Part shown: piece by piece, positions 46,369 to 56,760 of the stretch
Position numbering within the stretch: the first letter of the stretch is position 1
Layout: each line of letters begins with the position of its first letter
NCBI GenBank assembly: GCA_947166895.1
Contig: CAMVFY010000001.1
Span: 7,522 to 71,521 of the forward strand
Source: an uncultured Candidatus Saccharibacteria bacterium
GTDB taxonomy: Bacteria > Patescibacteriota > Saccharimonadia > Saccharimonadales > Saccharimonadaceae
Length of the DNA: 64,000 bases
Reading direction: 5' to 3'
Made by a program: the position numbers and the translations under genes
Notes under the pieces: generated by a model
Databases searched by the model: none
Seen by the model: the letters and a program-made list of their open reading frames with translations, nothing else
Told to the model about the DNA's origin: nothing

Positions 46369-49300
46369 AAAAAATGGCTTGATTGTGGGGATTTTGGCGT
46401 TTGCTTGTTGTGCTTTATGTGGTGGGAATGTGTTTGCGGATGGTGATGGATGGGTGGGGACTGGCGGGACTCCTGGTGGACAATCTGGGGGAGGAGGCAG
46501 TAGTTGTTTAGCGAACGTTTACGATACCAATGGAACTATATTGCAGTATGGCTATGATAATTATCGATATAGAATAGACTGTGCTAAAGTTTCGTGGATT
46601 TATTATGAGGCCCAGCCTGGCGGGGGAAACTATCCAGTTACGATTGCGCCAGACTCTAGACTTGGCGGTGGTGAAACGGCGCAGATTCCTGAGGTTTGCT
46701 ATCATGATGGGCAGGGTGGTTTTTGGCACTATGGTGTAAATAGGCAAAGTACGAAAAATGGAATAATAGAATGTTCTTGGTCTGGATGTGTGCCGAATTA
46801 TAGTGCGATGCCGCACAAGTGGGGGCACTGGATGACGGTGACGGTTGGTGATGGGTACGGAGAGGCGATGCCTGGTCAGGAAGGTTATGACAATCGTTTT
46901 AATTTGTCGCCAGATAATCCTTTTGGATGGCATGTAAATGAATTGGGGCATACGATGTATTCGTCTGTCGATAGCGGCACGAGGTATACGGCTACGAGAG
47001 CGGCTCTTTCGGGGGATTCCGAACTGCTAGATGATTATAAAAATGCTCTGCTATATTTTGACGACAATAGAAGCGAAAACGAAATAATGAATTTGACGCG
47101 GATTGATAATGGCGTGTGGGGATTTTGTGCGTGGGAGGGAATGAATAAAGAGTATTATGCATCGTCGAATATTTCTAATGGAATAAACTGGAAAGGGACC
47201 GGAAGAGTTAAGGAAAACGCCACGGTAAACTTAAACCCGGATCGTTTGGTGACAATACCGGACGGTGCGACGAATATAACGGTGGCGGGGGCTTTAAGGT
47301 TTAGTCACAATATTTATGCGTCTTTTGAGGATACGTCAAGCTCTAACTGGAGAGTAGAGAGGAGCGGGAATGGTTTTTCTGATTCTAGCGTTTCTATGAG
47401 TAGAACCAATACACCTGCTGCACAATATTCTGGTTCGACGACGATAACTAGTAAAATTACTAGCAGTCTTTATCAGGCGACAACGCGGCCGTTTGGGGAT
47501 GGAGAAAATTATTACATATCTAGGGATGTTTTTGATGTGACTTTTTCGAAAGAGGGGACTTATGAGTTTTGTGAGTCTTTATATTTAAGTAATAGTGCGG
47601 TTTCTAATAAAAGATTGACTACTGTATGCACTACTTATAAAGTTTCAAAAGAATCGTCGCCGCCACCGCCACCGCCTAGTGTTGAAATTTGTGATAGATG
47701 GACGCCAGCTAGCTACACGAGTTCGTATTTGGATTCCGATAATAATGGTCAGGGGACGACTTCCGTGGTTTCAAAGGTTAGAAATAACACGTTGGGTGGA
47801 GATTATGTAAATAGCGTATATGCTAAACCAACGGACAATATAAATTGGGCACACTGTTATTATCCGGGGATACAAAAGATTGCATCGGCGCTAGCTACAA
47901 GTGTTCATGGTAGTCATAGCGAAATGCTACCAGACGGAAGTAAGACCACCAATATCAATACCATTATGTCACAACTATATGCGTGGGGTAATTATTTTAG
48001 CGTGACTTCGTCTGTGAGTAAAGGGAGCAATTTTAGAAATCCGAATTCTACTAGTACTGGCAACTATCGTGTTGGTACGTTGACGCCGACTATTTATAAT
48101 GGTGGTAGATATGCGATTGGGAGTTCTGGAGTGAAGTCGCTGCTTGATAACACTTATCGTGTTGAGTACGGTAGCGGAAAAAATAAAGCCGGTGCAACGT
48201 TGACTGAAACAAATAAGAGTAGTAGGCCGACTTCTGCAGTGGTCTGGAATGAACACATCCATGTTTGGTCTTGTAATTATGAAGAAAGTTGCGAAAAATG
48301 CGGTTCTTATTCGTGTAATTGTGTTTCATGTAATTGCGAGGAAGTTTGTACGGGTGAGGGAGAGGACCAGTCATGTACGATAGTATGTGATACTTGCTGC
48401 GATATTTGTTGCTATTCTTGTGCGTGGGGTAGATGTGAACATTCGAACAATTACTATGGGAGTTTTTGTCATGAGAATGTCGCTTCTGACCATGCTGACG
48501 TGCTAGTGCCGTATAATTTCATTAATACTGCTACTATTAGTTTAAACTCTAGCTACGTTTATGCTGGTGAAATAGCAACGATTGGTTCGTCGGCTGTACA
48601 GATTCGGACTAAAAGTAATAATGTAACGCGGGGGACTTATGCTACACAGGTAGATGATGCCAAAGTGAAATTCGTGGCGTATTTATCTAGTAGTAACTCT
48701 GGCTCGGCAAAAGAAGGAGTAGGAAGCGGCAAAGCGTACAATATTTGTAATGCACTAAGTGGCTATGAGGCTTGTAATGAACTGGATTCGCGCGATGGAG
48801 CTACGCTAAATTCTAGTGGGGTGTTAGGCCTTGGGACTTCGCCAAGCACACAAGTAGCGTCTAACTCTCTAACTTCGCTCATGGGTTCTTCTTATAATGT
48901 TTATGATGGTCGGGCGGGTAAGTATTATTGCGTGGTGGCGGCGGTTTATCCGTATACTAGTGGTACTGATACCAATATGGATGCAAGTGGTAGCAATAAT
49001 TGGTATGTGTCGGCGCCTTCTTGCGCGGTAATCGCAAAAAAACCAAGCCTCGAAGTATGGGGGAATGGGCTTTATACTGCTGGAAAAGTGTTTACTGCTT
49101 CGGCTGAGAAGAGGGTGATAGATGGTTTTGTGGGCTTTACCCCGAGATCATCAAGCAATACTACTGTTTTTGGTTCGTGGGTAGAAACTAACATTATTGC
49201 TAATGGGCAAGTGGCGGGATTGGCAAGTGGAGCGGCAACGGGATTTCCGGGTTATACTATCAGGACTCTAACTAATGGAGTTCAGAGACTGAGCGGTAGT

Positions 49301-50026
49301 AGGGAAGGAAGTACTAGAAGATTTTGTACGTATCGTAGCCCACTAACAATGCCAAATGCTGGTTGTCTTACTACAATAGGGGGGTTACCTGGAGTGAACG
49401 TTGGTAGCTTGGGCAGTCCGGCGGCAGGGATGAACAAGCCCGTAGACCGTGACGCCCTAATTGCTCGCTTCATGACTGAAGACGGAACCTTTAAATATAG
49501 AAATACCTATACAAGACTCAGTCAACTAGTCTCAGAACTTGGCTCTACTATCATCCCAGCTGGTCAAAACCAAACTTACGTGATTGATGCTAGTGGTAAA
49601 ACATTTACCATTGATTCCAATATCCAGTATGCAGAACTTTACAATAACTTTACGGATATACCAAAACTAATTATTAGGGCAGACAATATCAATATCAATT
49701 GTAACGTTAATAGAATTGATGCAGTACTAATTGCTGACAAAATACAAAATAACACAGTAGCAGGCAACGTAAATACTTGCAGCAATGCTGGTGGGGTTGA
49801 TGACAGTGCTAGATCTAACCAACTTAAAATCAATGGTGCAGTAATCACTGGTTCGCTTACAGCTAATCGTACTTATGGTGCTGGAGTAGGAGCTTATTCA
49901 GTAATTCCAGCTGAAATCGTTGATTATGACTCTTCCCTTTATATTTGGGGTTCACAACGAGCTGAGGCTTCTGCTTCGGGGAAGTTAGATGTAATCTATT
50001 TACGCGAATTGTCTCCAAGATTATAA
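46355..50026 (+). CDS. giant secreted protein, paralog 1, with Cys-rich insert
   Basis: Signal peptide; colinear with 50610-54161; ends RELSPRL. Confidence 0.8.
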   Translation: MRLSKKNGLIVGILAFACCALCGGNVFADGDGWVGTGGTPGGQSGGGGSSCLANVYDTNGTILQYGYDNYRYRIDCAKVSWIYYEAQPGGGNYPVTIAPDSRLGGGETAQIPEVCYHDGQGGFWHYGVNRQSTKNGIIECSWSGCVPNYSAMPHKWGHWMTVTVGDGYGEAMPGQEGYDNRFNLSPDNPFGWHVNELGHTMYSSVDSGTRYTATRAALSGDSELLDDYKNALLYFDDNRSENEIMNLTRIDNGVWGFCAWEGMNKEYYASSNISNGINWKGTGRVKENATVNLNPDRLVTIPDGATNITVAGALRFSHNIYASFEDTSSSNWRVERSGNGFSDSSVSMSRTNTPAAQYSGSTTITSKITSSLYQATTRPFGDGENYYISRDVFDVTFSKEGTYEFCESLYLSNSAVSNKRLTTVCTTYKVSKESSPPPPPPSVEICDRWTPASYTSSYLDSDNNGQGTTSVVSKVRNNTLGGDYVNSVYAKPTDNINWAHCYYPGIQKIASALATSVHGSHSEMLPDGSKTTNINTIMSQLYAWGNYFSVTSSVSKGSNFRNPNSTSTGNYRVGTLTPTIYNGGRYAIGSSGVKSLLDNTYRVEYGSGKNKAGATLTETNKSSRPTSAVVWNEHIHVWSCNYEESCEKCGSYSCNCVSCNCEEVCTGEGEDQSCTIVCDTCCDICCYSCAWGRCEHSNNYYGSFCHENVASDHADVLVPYNFINTATISLNSSYVYAGEIATIGSSAVQIRTKSNNVTRGTYATQVDDAKVKFVAYLSSSNSGSAKEGVGSGKAYNICNALSGYEACNELDSRDGATLNSSGVLGLGTSPSTQVASNSLTSLMGSSYNVYDGRAGKYYCVVAAVYPYTSGTDTNMDASGSNNWYVSAPSCAVIAKKPSLEVWGNGLYTAGKVFTASAEKRVIDGFVGFTPRSSSNTTVFGSWVETNIIANGQVAGLASGAATGFPGYTIRTLTNGVQRLSGSREGSTRRFCTYRSPLTMPNAGCLTTIGGLPGVNVGSLGSPAAGMNKPVDRDALIARFMTEDGTFKYRNTYTRLSQLVSELGSTIIPAGQNQTYVIDASGKTFTIDSNIQYAELYNNFTDIPKLIIRADNININCNVNRIDAVLIADKIQNNTVAGNVNTCSNAGGVDDSARSNQLKINGAVITGSLTANRTYGAGVGAYSVIPAEIVDYDSSLYIWGSQRAEASASGKLDVIYLRELSPRL
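49437..49989 (+). repeat. 553-bp direct repeat, copy 1
   Basis: No mismatch found by eye against 53572-54124. Confidence 0.92.
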
Positions 50027-50077
50027 ATTATGTTAAATAATAATTAGATTTTATTTTTCTTATGCTATAATGGGAGT

Positions 50078-50638
50078 ATGAAAAATGATGAAGGCGTATC
50101 TTTTGGTAGCAGGAAACGTTCTGACAGGTTGCTCATTGGCATTTTTGTTACGTTAATGGTGGTGATTGTTGGCTTGGGTATTGCGGTGACGCTTAGCTTT
50201 GTTTTAAATGGTAATTCGGAAGATAAAGAATCTGATTTGCCGGAAAACGCTGTGACACAAAATGACGCTTTTTCGGTGGCTTTTGGAATAAATGAACGCT
50301 ACGACAATGATCCAGACTACTATTATGATGAAGCGGTGGCCGACTATGAGCAGCAAATGTCTCAGGGTGACGACTGGTATAAGTTTTCGATAGCATGTTA
50401 TTACGCTCGATTTTTGCGAGATCAGGGCAATGACTTAAATGCTGCGCTTGATGTGATGGGAAGAGCTGGGGAGTATGTAAAGACTGATAATGCGAATCAG
50501 ATGATTGACTATTATGTAGTTGTTCGGGATTTATACAAAGGTGTTAATGATGAGATGTATGATTATTATAACGGAGAAATAATCAAACTTAGTACGGTAA
50601 AGGAGGTTAATGATGCGGGTTTGCCAGTCGAAGAATAA
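50078..50638 (+). CDS. single-pass membrane protein, partner 2
   Basis: TM helix then Tyr/Asp-rich helical domain. Confidence 0.7.
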   Translation: MKNDEGVSFGSRKRSDRLLIGIFVTLMVVIVGLGIAVTLSFVLNGNSEDKESDLPENAVTQNDAFSVAFGINERYDNDPDYYYDEAVADYEQQMSQGDDWYKFSIACYYARFLRDQGNDLNAALDVMGRAGEYVKTDNANQMIDYYVVVRDLYKGVNDEMYDYYNGEIIKLSTVKEVNDAGLPVEE

Positions 50639-53600
50639 TTGGCAGATAAAGCTTGTCGCTATTTTGATGATTTTTTTGGCTTTAGGTATAAGTTTTGCTG
50701 CAGGAAAGGAAGTTTTTGCCGAAAATGGGGCGGAGGTACTTACTGGCAACGTTTTGAACAAGTGGGGCGGAGGTGGCAGTGGAGTTAACTGTAATGACCG
50801 ACTATTTTCGACTTATGCCGCTGAGTGCCAGGGTTACTCATGGGTATTTTACGCAAGCACAGGAAATGTATCAGACATGACTTTTCGGCCGGATATGACT
50901 GCCAATGATTGGCCTCAATCTTCTCAGGGTATTTATATTCCGCAAACCTGTTCTGAGCATACGGAAGATGGTGGTGGTTTTTGGCATTTTGGTCAGAATG
51001 CTAGGGCGCTGAGTAACAGCGGCTGGAGTTATTTTGGGAACTTTATGTATTTGAATGGCTATGGTGGAAAAGCGACGGATACTTATACTTACTCTACGTC
51101 GTCTGGGAGTTATGGTCATATTTTTACGACTAGCTATCAGTATGGAAGCGGTAACTTAACTGTACCGCCTTCTGGGGTGAGCCAATCTTTGTATAAGAAT
51201 GGTGCTGAAATATATTACGCAAGTAAGGTTGAATCTGGGACGAATCATAGTGGGGATAGTGGAGTTTGGGCTGATTGGTTGAAGGCTTATAAATACAAAA
51301 ATGGTTCGGAATATACCGGAAGTGATTTCCCCAGTGATTTGTATGCGTTTTGCTACTGGGGGTCAATGGATTCGGAATACTTTGCGCGTTCAAGTATTTC
51401 GAACGGGATTGAATGGAAGAGTACAAATTTTGTGGGGACGTCGGATGAAACGCCCCGTAAGGTGACACTCACTAAACGGGTGGTCGTGATTCCTGAAGGT
51501 TCTAATGAGGTTAAGGTGGAAGGCGGTTTAAGGTTTAGCCACAACATATATGCGTCGTTTAAAGATAAAGAGAATACGGCGTGGAATGTGGTAAAGGAAT
51601 TTCCTAGCGACGGAGTGAGTGCAACAAAAACTAATCAGCCAGCGATATACAGTGGTTCTACGCCTTTGAATGTTGATTTTCTTGAGTCTCTTTATCAAGC
51701 TCCGGCAAACAAGCAACCATTTGTGGATGGTAATGATACTTATATTTCTAGGGATGTTTATGATTTAGTCTTTACTAAAGCTGGGACTTACACTTTTTGT
51801 GAAAAATTGTCGATCAATAATAAGAAGACCGAAAATGCAAATAGAGAGATGACTGCAGTTTGTGCGGTTTATGAAGTTAAGAAGAATGATACTCCTCCAG
51901 ACGGTGGCGGTGGTGGTGGCGTTACGCCCCCTCCGTCCACATGTGGTTTGTGGACACCGGCTAGCTACACGGCATCTAGCAAAACGTCTGGTAACACTTC
52001 GGTGGTGTCAAAGGTGAGAAATGCGACACTTGGTACCAGCTATGAGGACAGCGTATATGCTAAGCCAACTGATAACACACAGTGGATTCACTGTTATTAT
52101 CCGGGCGCACAAAAGGTGGCTTTTACGGATGCTACAATGGTTCACGGAGCACACGACTCGTCGCTAAGTGCGGGAGGAACTACCGCAAACACGAATGTGG
52201 CACTTTCGAGCTTTGCGCCATGGTCTAATCAATTTAAGGTTACATCTACGAACCTTAGAAACCCGTCTCCAAATGGGGGAAGTTATAGCTACGGTGACTC
52301 AGCGACTAAATCCTTAGAAGATACGAGTTATAACGTCGAATATGGTACCGGTAAGAATAAGGCCGGCAAAACTTTGGTAGAAACTTCGACTGGCAAGTTG
52401 GCCTACGCAAATGTTACCAATGAGGGAAAACACAGCTGGGCGTGTGACTATTACGAGTCATCAAGCTGTAGCAACTGTGGTTCGTATTCTTGTAATTGTT
52501 CTACGGATGAAGACGGAAATGAGTCGTGTGATACATGTTGCTATAGTTGTACTTATTCGCATAGTAATTGTACTCACTCAAATGATTATATCGCTCACAG
52601 TAATGGTGGAACTGTTACTGATCATGCAGATGTATTAGTGCCATTTAACTTTTACAATGTGACTACAATTACGCTGAAAGACGGGCCTGTGTATTCTGGT
52701 GAAACGGCTACGATTAGCTCTTCTAATGTTCAGACGCTAACTAGAACCAATAATGTGACACGAGGGACCTACGCTACGCATGTAGAAAATGCAAAAGTAG
52801 TGTTTGCGGCGTATGTTTCGTCTAGCGGTAGCGGCAGTGCGAAAGAAGGTATTGGGAGCGGAAAAAGTTATGACATTTGTGGTGCAGTTAGTGGGGCGGA
52901 GGATTGTACGGAGATAGATAGTCGGGATGGACTCGCTTTGAATTCGAGCGGTGTTTTGAAATTAAACTCTTCGGAGAAAACTGAAGCGGCATCGAGCTCG
53001 TTAACTTCTCTTATGAGTTCGACGTATAACGCCTTTGATGCTTCGGCCGGTAAGTATTATTGTGTTGTGGCGGCGGTTTATCCATACACGGTGAGTTCTG
53101 ATACGGATATGAACGCTGCTGGTAGCAATAGCTGGTATGTTTCGGCTCCGAGTTGTAGGGTGATTGCCAAAAAGCCAGCTTTTCAGGTATGGGGAAATGG
53201 TTTATACACTGCTGGTAAAGTATACACGATTTCGGCTGAAAAGCGTATAACGAAGGGTTTTTATGATTTATCTAGAAGTACAGCTAAGGACGGGAAGAAT
53301 TTGACGACCTTTGGCTCTTGGGTGGAAACCAGTATTATTGCTAATGGTCAAGTGGCGGGGTTGGCAAGTGGTGCAGCGACGGGATTTTCTGGCGATACCG
53401 CAAGGACCTGGGCGCAAGGCTTAGGGGGAAGTAAAAATAGTATTTCTTCTAGTAGCTCTGGTGTTTGTGTGCTTGGTCCGTTGACTTTTCCGAATATAAG
53501 ATGTGTAACGCAGGGATCGCTTCCGGGTATATCTGCCAGCGTTGTCGGTGGTTCAGGGGCTAAGATGGCGGAGCCCGTAGACCGTGACGCCCTAATTGCT

Positions 53601-54161
53601 CGCTTCATGACTGAAGACGGAACCTTTAAATATAGAAATACCTATACAAGACTCAGTCAACTAGTCTCAGAACTTGGCTCTACTATCATCCCAGCTGGTC
53701 AAAACCAAACTTACGTGATTGATGCTAGTGGTAAAACATTTACCATTGATTCCAATATCCAGTATGCAGAACTTTACAATAACTTTACGGATATACCAAA
53801 ACTAATTATTAGGGCAGACAATATCAATATCAATTGTAACGTTAATAGAATTGATGCAGTACTAATTGCTGACAAAATACAAAATAACACAGTAGCAGGC
53901 AACGTAAATACTTGCAGCAATGCTGGTGGGGTTGATGACAGTGCTAGATCTAACCAACTTAAAATCAATGGTGCAGTAATCACTGGTTCGCTTACAGCTA
54001 ATCGTACTTATGGTGCTGGAGTAGGAGCTTATTCAGTAATTCCAGCTGAAATCGTTGATTATGACTCTTCCCTTTATATTTGGGGTTCACAACGAGCTGA
54101 GGCTTCTGCTTCGGGGAAGTTAGAGACAGTCTATATCCAAGAACTATCGCCGAGATTATAG
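50610..54161 (+). CDS. giant secreted protein, paralog 2, with Cys-rich insert
   Basis: Signal peptide; ends QELSPRL. Confidence 0.8.
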   Translation: MMRVCQSKNNWQIKLVAILMIFLALGISFAAGKEVFAENGAEVLTGNVLNKWGGGGSGVNCNDRLFSTYAAECQGYSWVFYASTGNVSDMTFRPDMTANDWPQSSQGIYIPQTCSEHTEDGGGFWHFGQNARALSNSGWSYFGNFMYLNGYGGKATDTYTYSTSSGSYGHIFTTSYQYGSGNLTVPPSGVSQSLYKNGAEIYYASKVESGTNHSGDSGVWADWLKAYKYKNGSEYTGSDFPSDLYAFCYWGSMDSEYFARSSISNGIEWKSTNFVGTSDETPRKVTLTKRVVVIPEGSNEVKVEGGLRFSHNIYASFKDKENTAWNVVKEFPSDGVSATKTNQPAIYSGSTPLNVDFLESLYQAPANKQPFVDGNDTYISRDVYDLVFTKAGTYTFCEKLSINNKKTENANREMTAVCAVYEVKKNDTPPDGGGGGGVTPPPSTCGLWTPASYTASSKTSGNTSVVSKVRNATLGTSYEDSVYAKPTDNTQWIHCYYPGAQKVAFTDATMVHGAHDSSLSAGGTTANTNVALSSFAPWSNQFKVTSTNLRNPSPNGGSYSYGDSATKSLEDTSYNVEYGTGKNKAGKTLVETSTGKLAYANVTNEGKHSWACDYYESSSCSNCGSYSCNCSTDEDGNESCDTCCYSCTYSHSNCTHSNDYIAHSNGGTVTDHADVLVPFNFYNVTTITLKDGPVYSGETATISSSNVQTLTRTNNVTRGTYATHVENAKVVFAAYVSSSGSGSAKEGIGSGKSYDICGAVSGAEDCTEIDSRDGLALNSSGVLKLNSSEKTEAASSSLTSLMSSTYNAFDASAGKYYCVVAAVYPYTVSSDTDMNAAGSNSWYVSAPSCRVIAKKPAFQVWGNGLYTAGKVYTISAEKRITKGFYDLSRSTAKDGKNLTTFGSWVETSIIANGQVAGLASGAATGFSGDTARTWAQGLGGSKNSISSSSSGVCVLGPLTFPNIRCVTQGSLPGISASVVGGSGAKMAEPVDRDALIARFMTEDGTFKYRNTYTRLSQLVSELGSTIIPAGQNQTYVIDASGKTFTIDSNIQYAELYNNFTDIPKLIIRADNININCNVNRIDAVLIADKIQNNTVAGNVNTCSNAGGVDDSARSNQLKINGAVITGSLTANRTYGAGVGAYSVIPAEIVDYDSSLYIWGSQRAEASASGKLETVYIQELSPRL
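53572..54124 (+). repeat. 553-bp direct repeat, copy 2
   Basis: No mismatch found by eye against 49437-49989. Confidence 0.92.
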
Positions 54162-54180
54162 GGCATGTTATAATGGGGGT

Positions 54181-55530
54181 ATGAAAAAACGGAGTCAGTT
54201 TGTTTGTCAGCAATGCGGGGCTTCCTATGCTAAATGGGTAGGACAGTGCACGAATTGTCGGGCCTGGAACTCTCTGATTGAACAGATTGTTGATGAAGTC
54301 GGTGACAAAAAGACGACTTTGGCGAAAGGGCAACTTTCTGGTAAAAAGTTAGATTTTGTAAAATTATCGTCAATCACGCCGTCTGATGCAAAAGCAAGGT
54401 TGGTGACGGAGTTTAAGGATTTAAATACTGTGCTGGGTGGTGGGATACTGCTCGGTTCGGTCTCTTTGCTGGCTGGGCAGCCGGGGATTGGGAAGTCGAC
54501 GCTACTTATGCAGATTTGTGCGGAAGTAGCAAAGACTCGAAAAGTTTTATACATATCGGGCGAAGAGTCGGCAGGGCAAGTGAAGCTTCGGGCGGTGCGG
54601 CTTGGTGCGGGTTCAGACAATTTGAGTTTTGCGGCGTCAACATCGGGAAATGATATTGCTAAAACAATTGAGGCGGGTGAGTTTGACCTCGTGATTGTGG
54701 ATTCGATTCAGACACTTGCGATGGATGAAATATCGTCGGCGCCGGGCACGGTATCGCAAGTAACAAATTGTGGTAATTTGATTATTCGAGCAGCAAAGGC
54801 GACTGATACAGCGGTAGTGATTGTGGGGCATGTGACGAAAGAGGGAACCTTGGCGGGGCCGAAAGTTTTGGAGCATTTGGTGGATGTGGTGCTGAATTTT
54901 GAGGGGGATAGATACGGTGGGTTTAAAACAGTGCGGGCGGTAAAAAACCGGTTTGGATCGACGAACGAGGTAGCAATTTTTGAAATGGCACCAGAAGGAT
55001 TAAAAGAAGTACAAAATCCGTCGGCAGCTTTGCTTGCCGAAAGGACTAATACGGATGGTTCAATTATTCTTGCAACTTTGGAAGGGAATCGGCCGATCTT
55101 GGTGGAAATACAGGCGCTTGCGACTACGTCAAATTATGGTTACCCAAAAAGAACAGCGAGTGGATTTGATTTGAACCGGCTAAATTTGCTGATTGCGGTA
55201 CTTGAGCGGCGGACAAAATTGAAATTATCAGATAAAGATATATTCGTAAATGTGGTTGGCGGGATGAAGCTTAATGATTCGGCGGCAGATTTGGCGATCT
55301 GTATGGCAATCGCTTCGGCGGTAGCGGGGAGGAAGTTGAGTGAGGAATATGTAGTATTTGGTGAAGTGGGGCTTGGTGGTGAAATTCGGTCGGCGTTTCG
55401 GGCGGATCAGAGAATAGCCGAAGCGAAAAAACTTGGATTTAAGCATGCGATTGGTCCGGTGACGATTCGGGATAAATTTGTGGTGCCGGTGAAAGATTTG
55501 CGCGAAACTTTAATTAGGTATGTAAAATGA
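54181..55530 (+). CDS. radA: DNA repair protein RadA/Sms
   Basis: FVCQQCG...KWVGQCTNC zinc finger, GQPGIGKSTLL, KNRFG, Lon-like C-terminus. Confidence 0.97.
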   Translation: MKKRSQFVCQQCGASYAKWVGQCTNCRAWNSLIEQIVDEVGDKKTTLAKGQLSGKKLDFVKLSSITPSDAKARLVTEFKDLNTVLGGGILLGSVSLLAGQPGIGKSTLLMQICAEVAKTRKVLYISGEESAGQVKLRAVRLGAGSDNLSFAASTSGNDIAKTIEAGEFDLVIVDSIQTLAMDEISSAPGTVSQVTNCGNLIIRAAKATDTAVVIVGHVTKEGTLAGPKVLEHLVDVVLNFEGDRYGGFKTVRAVKNRFGSTNEVAIFEMAPEGLKEVQNPSAALLAERTNTDGSIILATLEGNRPILVEIQALATTSNYGYPKRTASGFDLNRLNLLIAVLERRTKLKLSDKDIFVNVVGGMKLNDSAADLAICMAIASAVAGRKLSEEYVVFGEVGLGGEIRSAFRADQRIAEAKKLGFKHAIGPVTIRDKFVVPVKDLRETLIRYVK

Positions 55531-56036
55531 GGATTCTTGGAATTGATCCGGGGATTGGAATCTGTGGGTTTGGGTTGATTGAAACGACGTCGCGGGCGCG
55601 GGCGCTAGATTTTGGTGCAGTTACAACGATGGTGGATGCGCCTTTGCCGGCTCGGTTGAAAGAACTATACGATTCCTTGTCGGAAGTATTTGAGGAGACG
55701 AAACCAGAGATGGTAGCCGTAGAAAAGTTGTTTTTTGCAAAAAACATTACGACTGGAATTGCGGTGGCTGAGGCGAGGGGGATTGTGCTACTTGTTGCTG
55801 AGCAGCATGGGTTACCGGTTTATGAATATACTCCGAACGAAATCAAAAAGAGTTTGACTGGTTATGGTGCGGCGACTAAAACTCAGATTGAGGAAATGGT
55901 GCGAGTGCATTTGGGGCTTGAGTGCAAGCCAAAGCCGGATGATGCGGCGGATGCGCTGGCGGTGGCGATTACTTGCAGTTTTCTTTATGAGCATGGTCAA
56001 AATCAAGAATATAGTTTTTCAAATTCGCGTCGTTAA
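55527..56036 (+). CDS. ruvC: Holliday junction resolvase RuvC
   Basis: ILGIDPG, VEKLFF, AEARG, YTPNEIK..LTGYG.A.K, PDDAADALAVA. Confidence 0.96.
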   Translation: MRILGIDPGIGICGFGLIETTSRARALDFGAVTTMVDAPLPARLKELYDSLSEVFEETKPEMVAVEKLFFAKNITTGIAVAEARGIVLLVAEQHGLPVYEYTPNEIKKSLTGYGAATKTQIEEMVRVHLGLECKPKPDDAADALAVAITCSFLYEHGQNQEYSFSNSRR

Positions 56037-56117
56037 AATATGAGATTTTCTTTCTCGGACACGCTCAAGGGCGCTCGCCCGAGCTTATGGTCCTCGAAAT
56101 GAAAATCTCATATTTTA
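56034..56117 (+). repeat. palindromic element between ruvC and ruvA
   Basis: Perfect 17-bp arms taaaatatgagattttc / gaaaatctcatatttta around a 41-bp core that is 39/41 identical to 28827-28867. Confidence 0.9.
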
Positions 56118-56135
56118 TATGATACAATTAGTATT

Positions 56136-56711
56136 ATGATTGCACATGTGAGAGGTAAAGTTGAGGAAAAGTTTGGTAATTCCCTAATTGTTGATGTGAA
56201 TGGAGTTGGCTATGAGATTACAGTGCCGACACCGGATTTTGAGGCGGTGAATCTTGATGAAGAAAGAAAATTTTATACCTATCACCAGGTGCGGGAAAAT
56301 GCGGAGGAACTTTATGGCTTTTCATCACTCACGGCGAAGAAGATATTTGAACTTTTGATTTCGGTGCAGGGGATCGGCCCGAAAGCTGGGATTGCAATTT
56401 TGTCTTTAGCTGAGGTGGAAGAGGTGAGAAATGCGATTGCGAATGCGGATGCTGCATTTATTGCCAAGGCTTCAGGAGTAGGCAAGAAATCGGCGGAAAG
56501 GGTAATTGTGGATCTTCGTGATAAGGTTGGGATACCGAGCCATTATGGTGCAACGGAAGCAAAATTTGCGAAGGCTACTAACGAGCCCGACGAGGCCCTA
56601 GATGCGCTAATTGCGCTGGGTTTCCCTCTGAAAGAGGCGACAGCGGCGTTGGAGAGAGTTGATTCGTCTCTTTCGGTGGAAGAACGGATAAAAATGGCCT
56701 TGAAAAAATAA
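56136..56711 (+). CDS. ruvA: Holliday junction branch migration protein RuvA
   Basis: VDVNGVGYEI, VRE...LYGF, LISVQGIGPK, GVGKKSAERV. Confidence 0.96.
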   Translation: MIAHVRGKVEEKFGNSLIVDVNGVGYEITVPTPDFEAVNLDEERKFYTYHQVRENAEELYGFSSLTAKKIFELLISVQGIGPKAGIAILSLAEVEEVRNAIANADAAFIAKASGVGKKSAERVIVDLRDKVGIPSHYGATEAKFAKATNEPDEALDALIALGFPLKEATAALERVDSSLSVEERIKMALKK

Positions 56712-56760
56712 GTAAAGTATGATAATATTATCTTCAATCGTATAATATAAAAGGTAAAAT

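Noticed and set aside
49437-54124. 553-bp repeat as a second DGR VR/TR pair
   Set aside because: The copies appear identical with no adenine-biased mismatches, and both are coding
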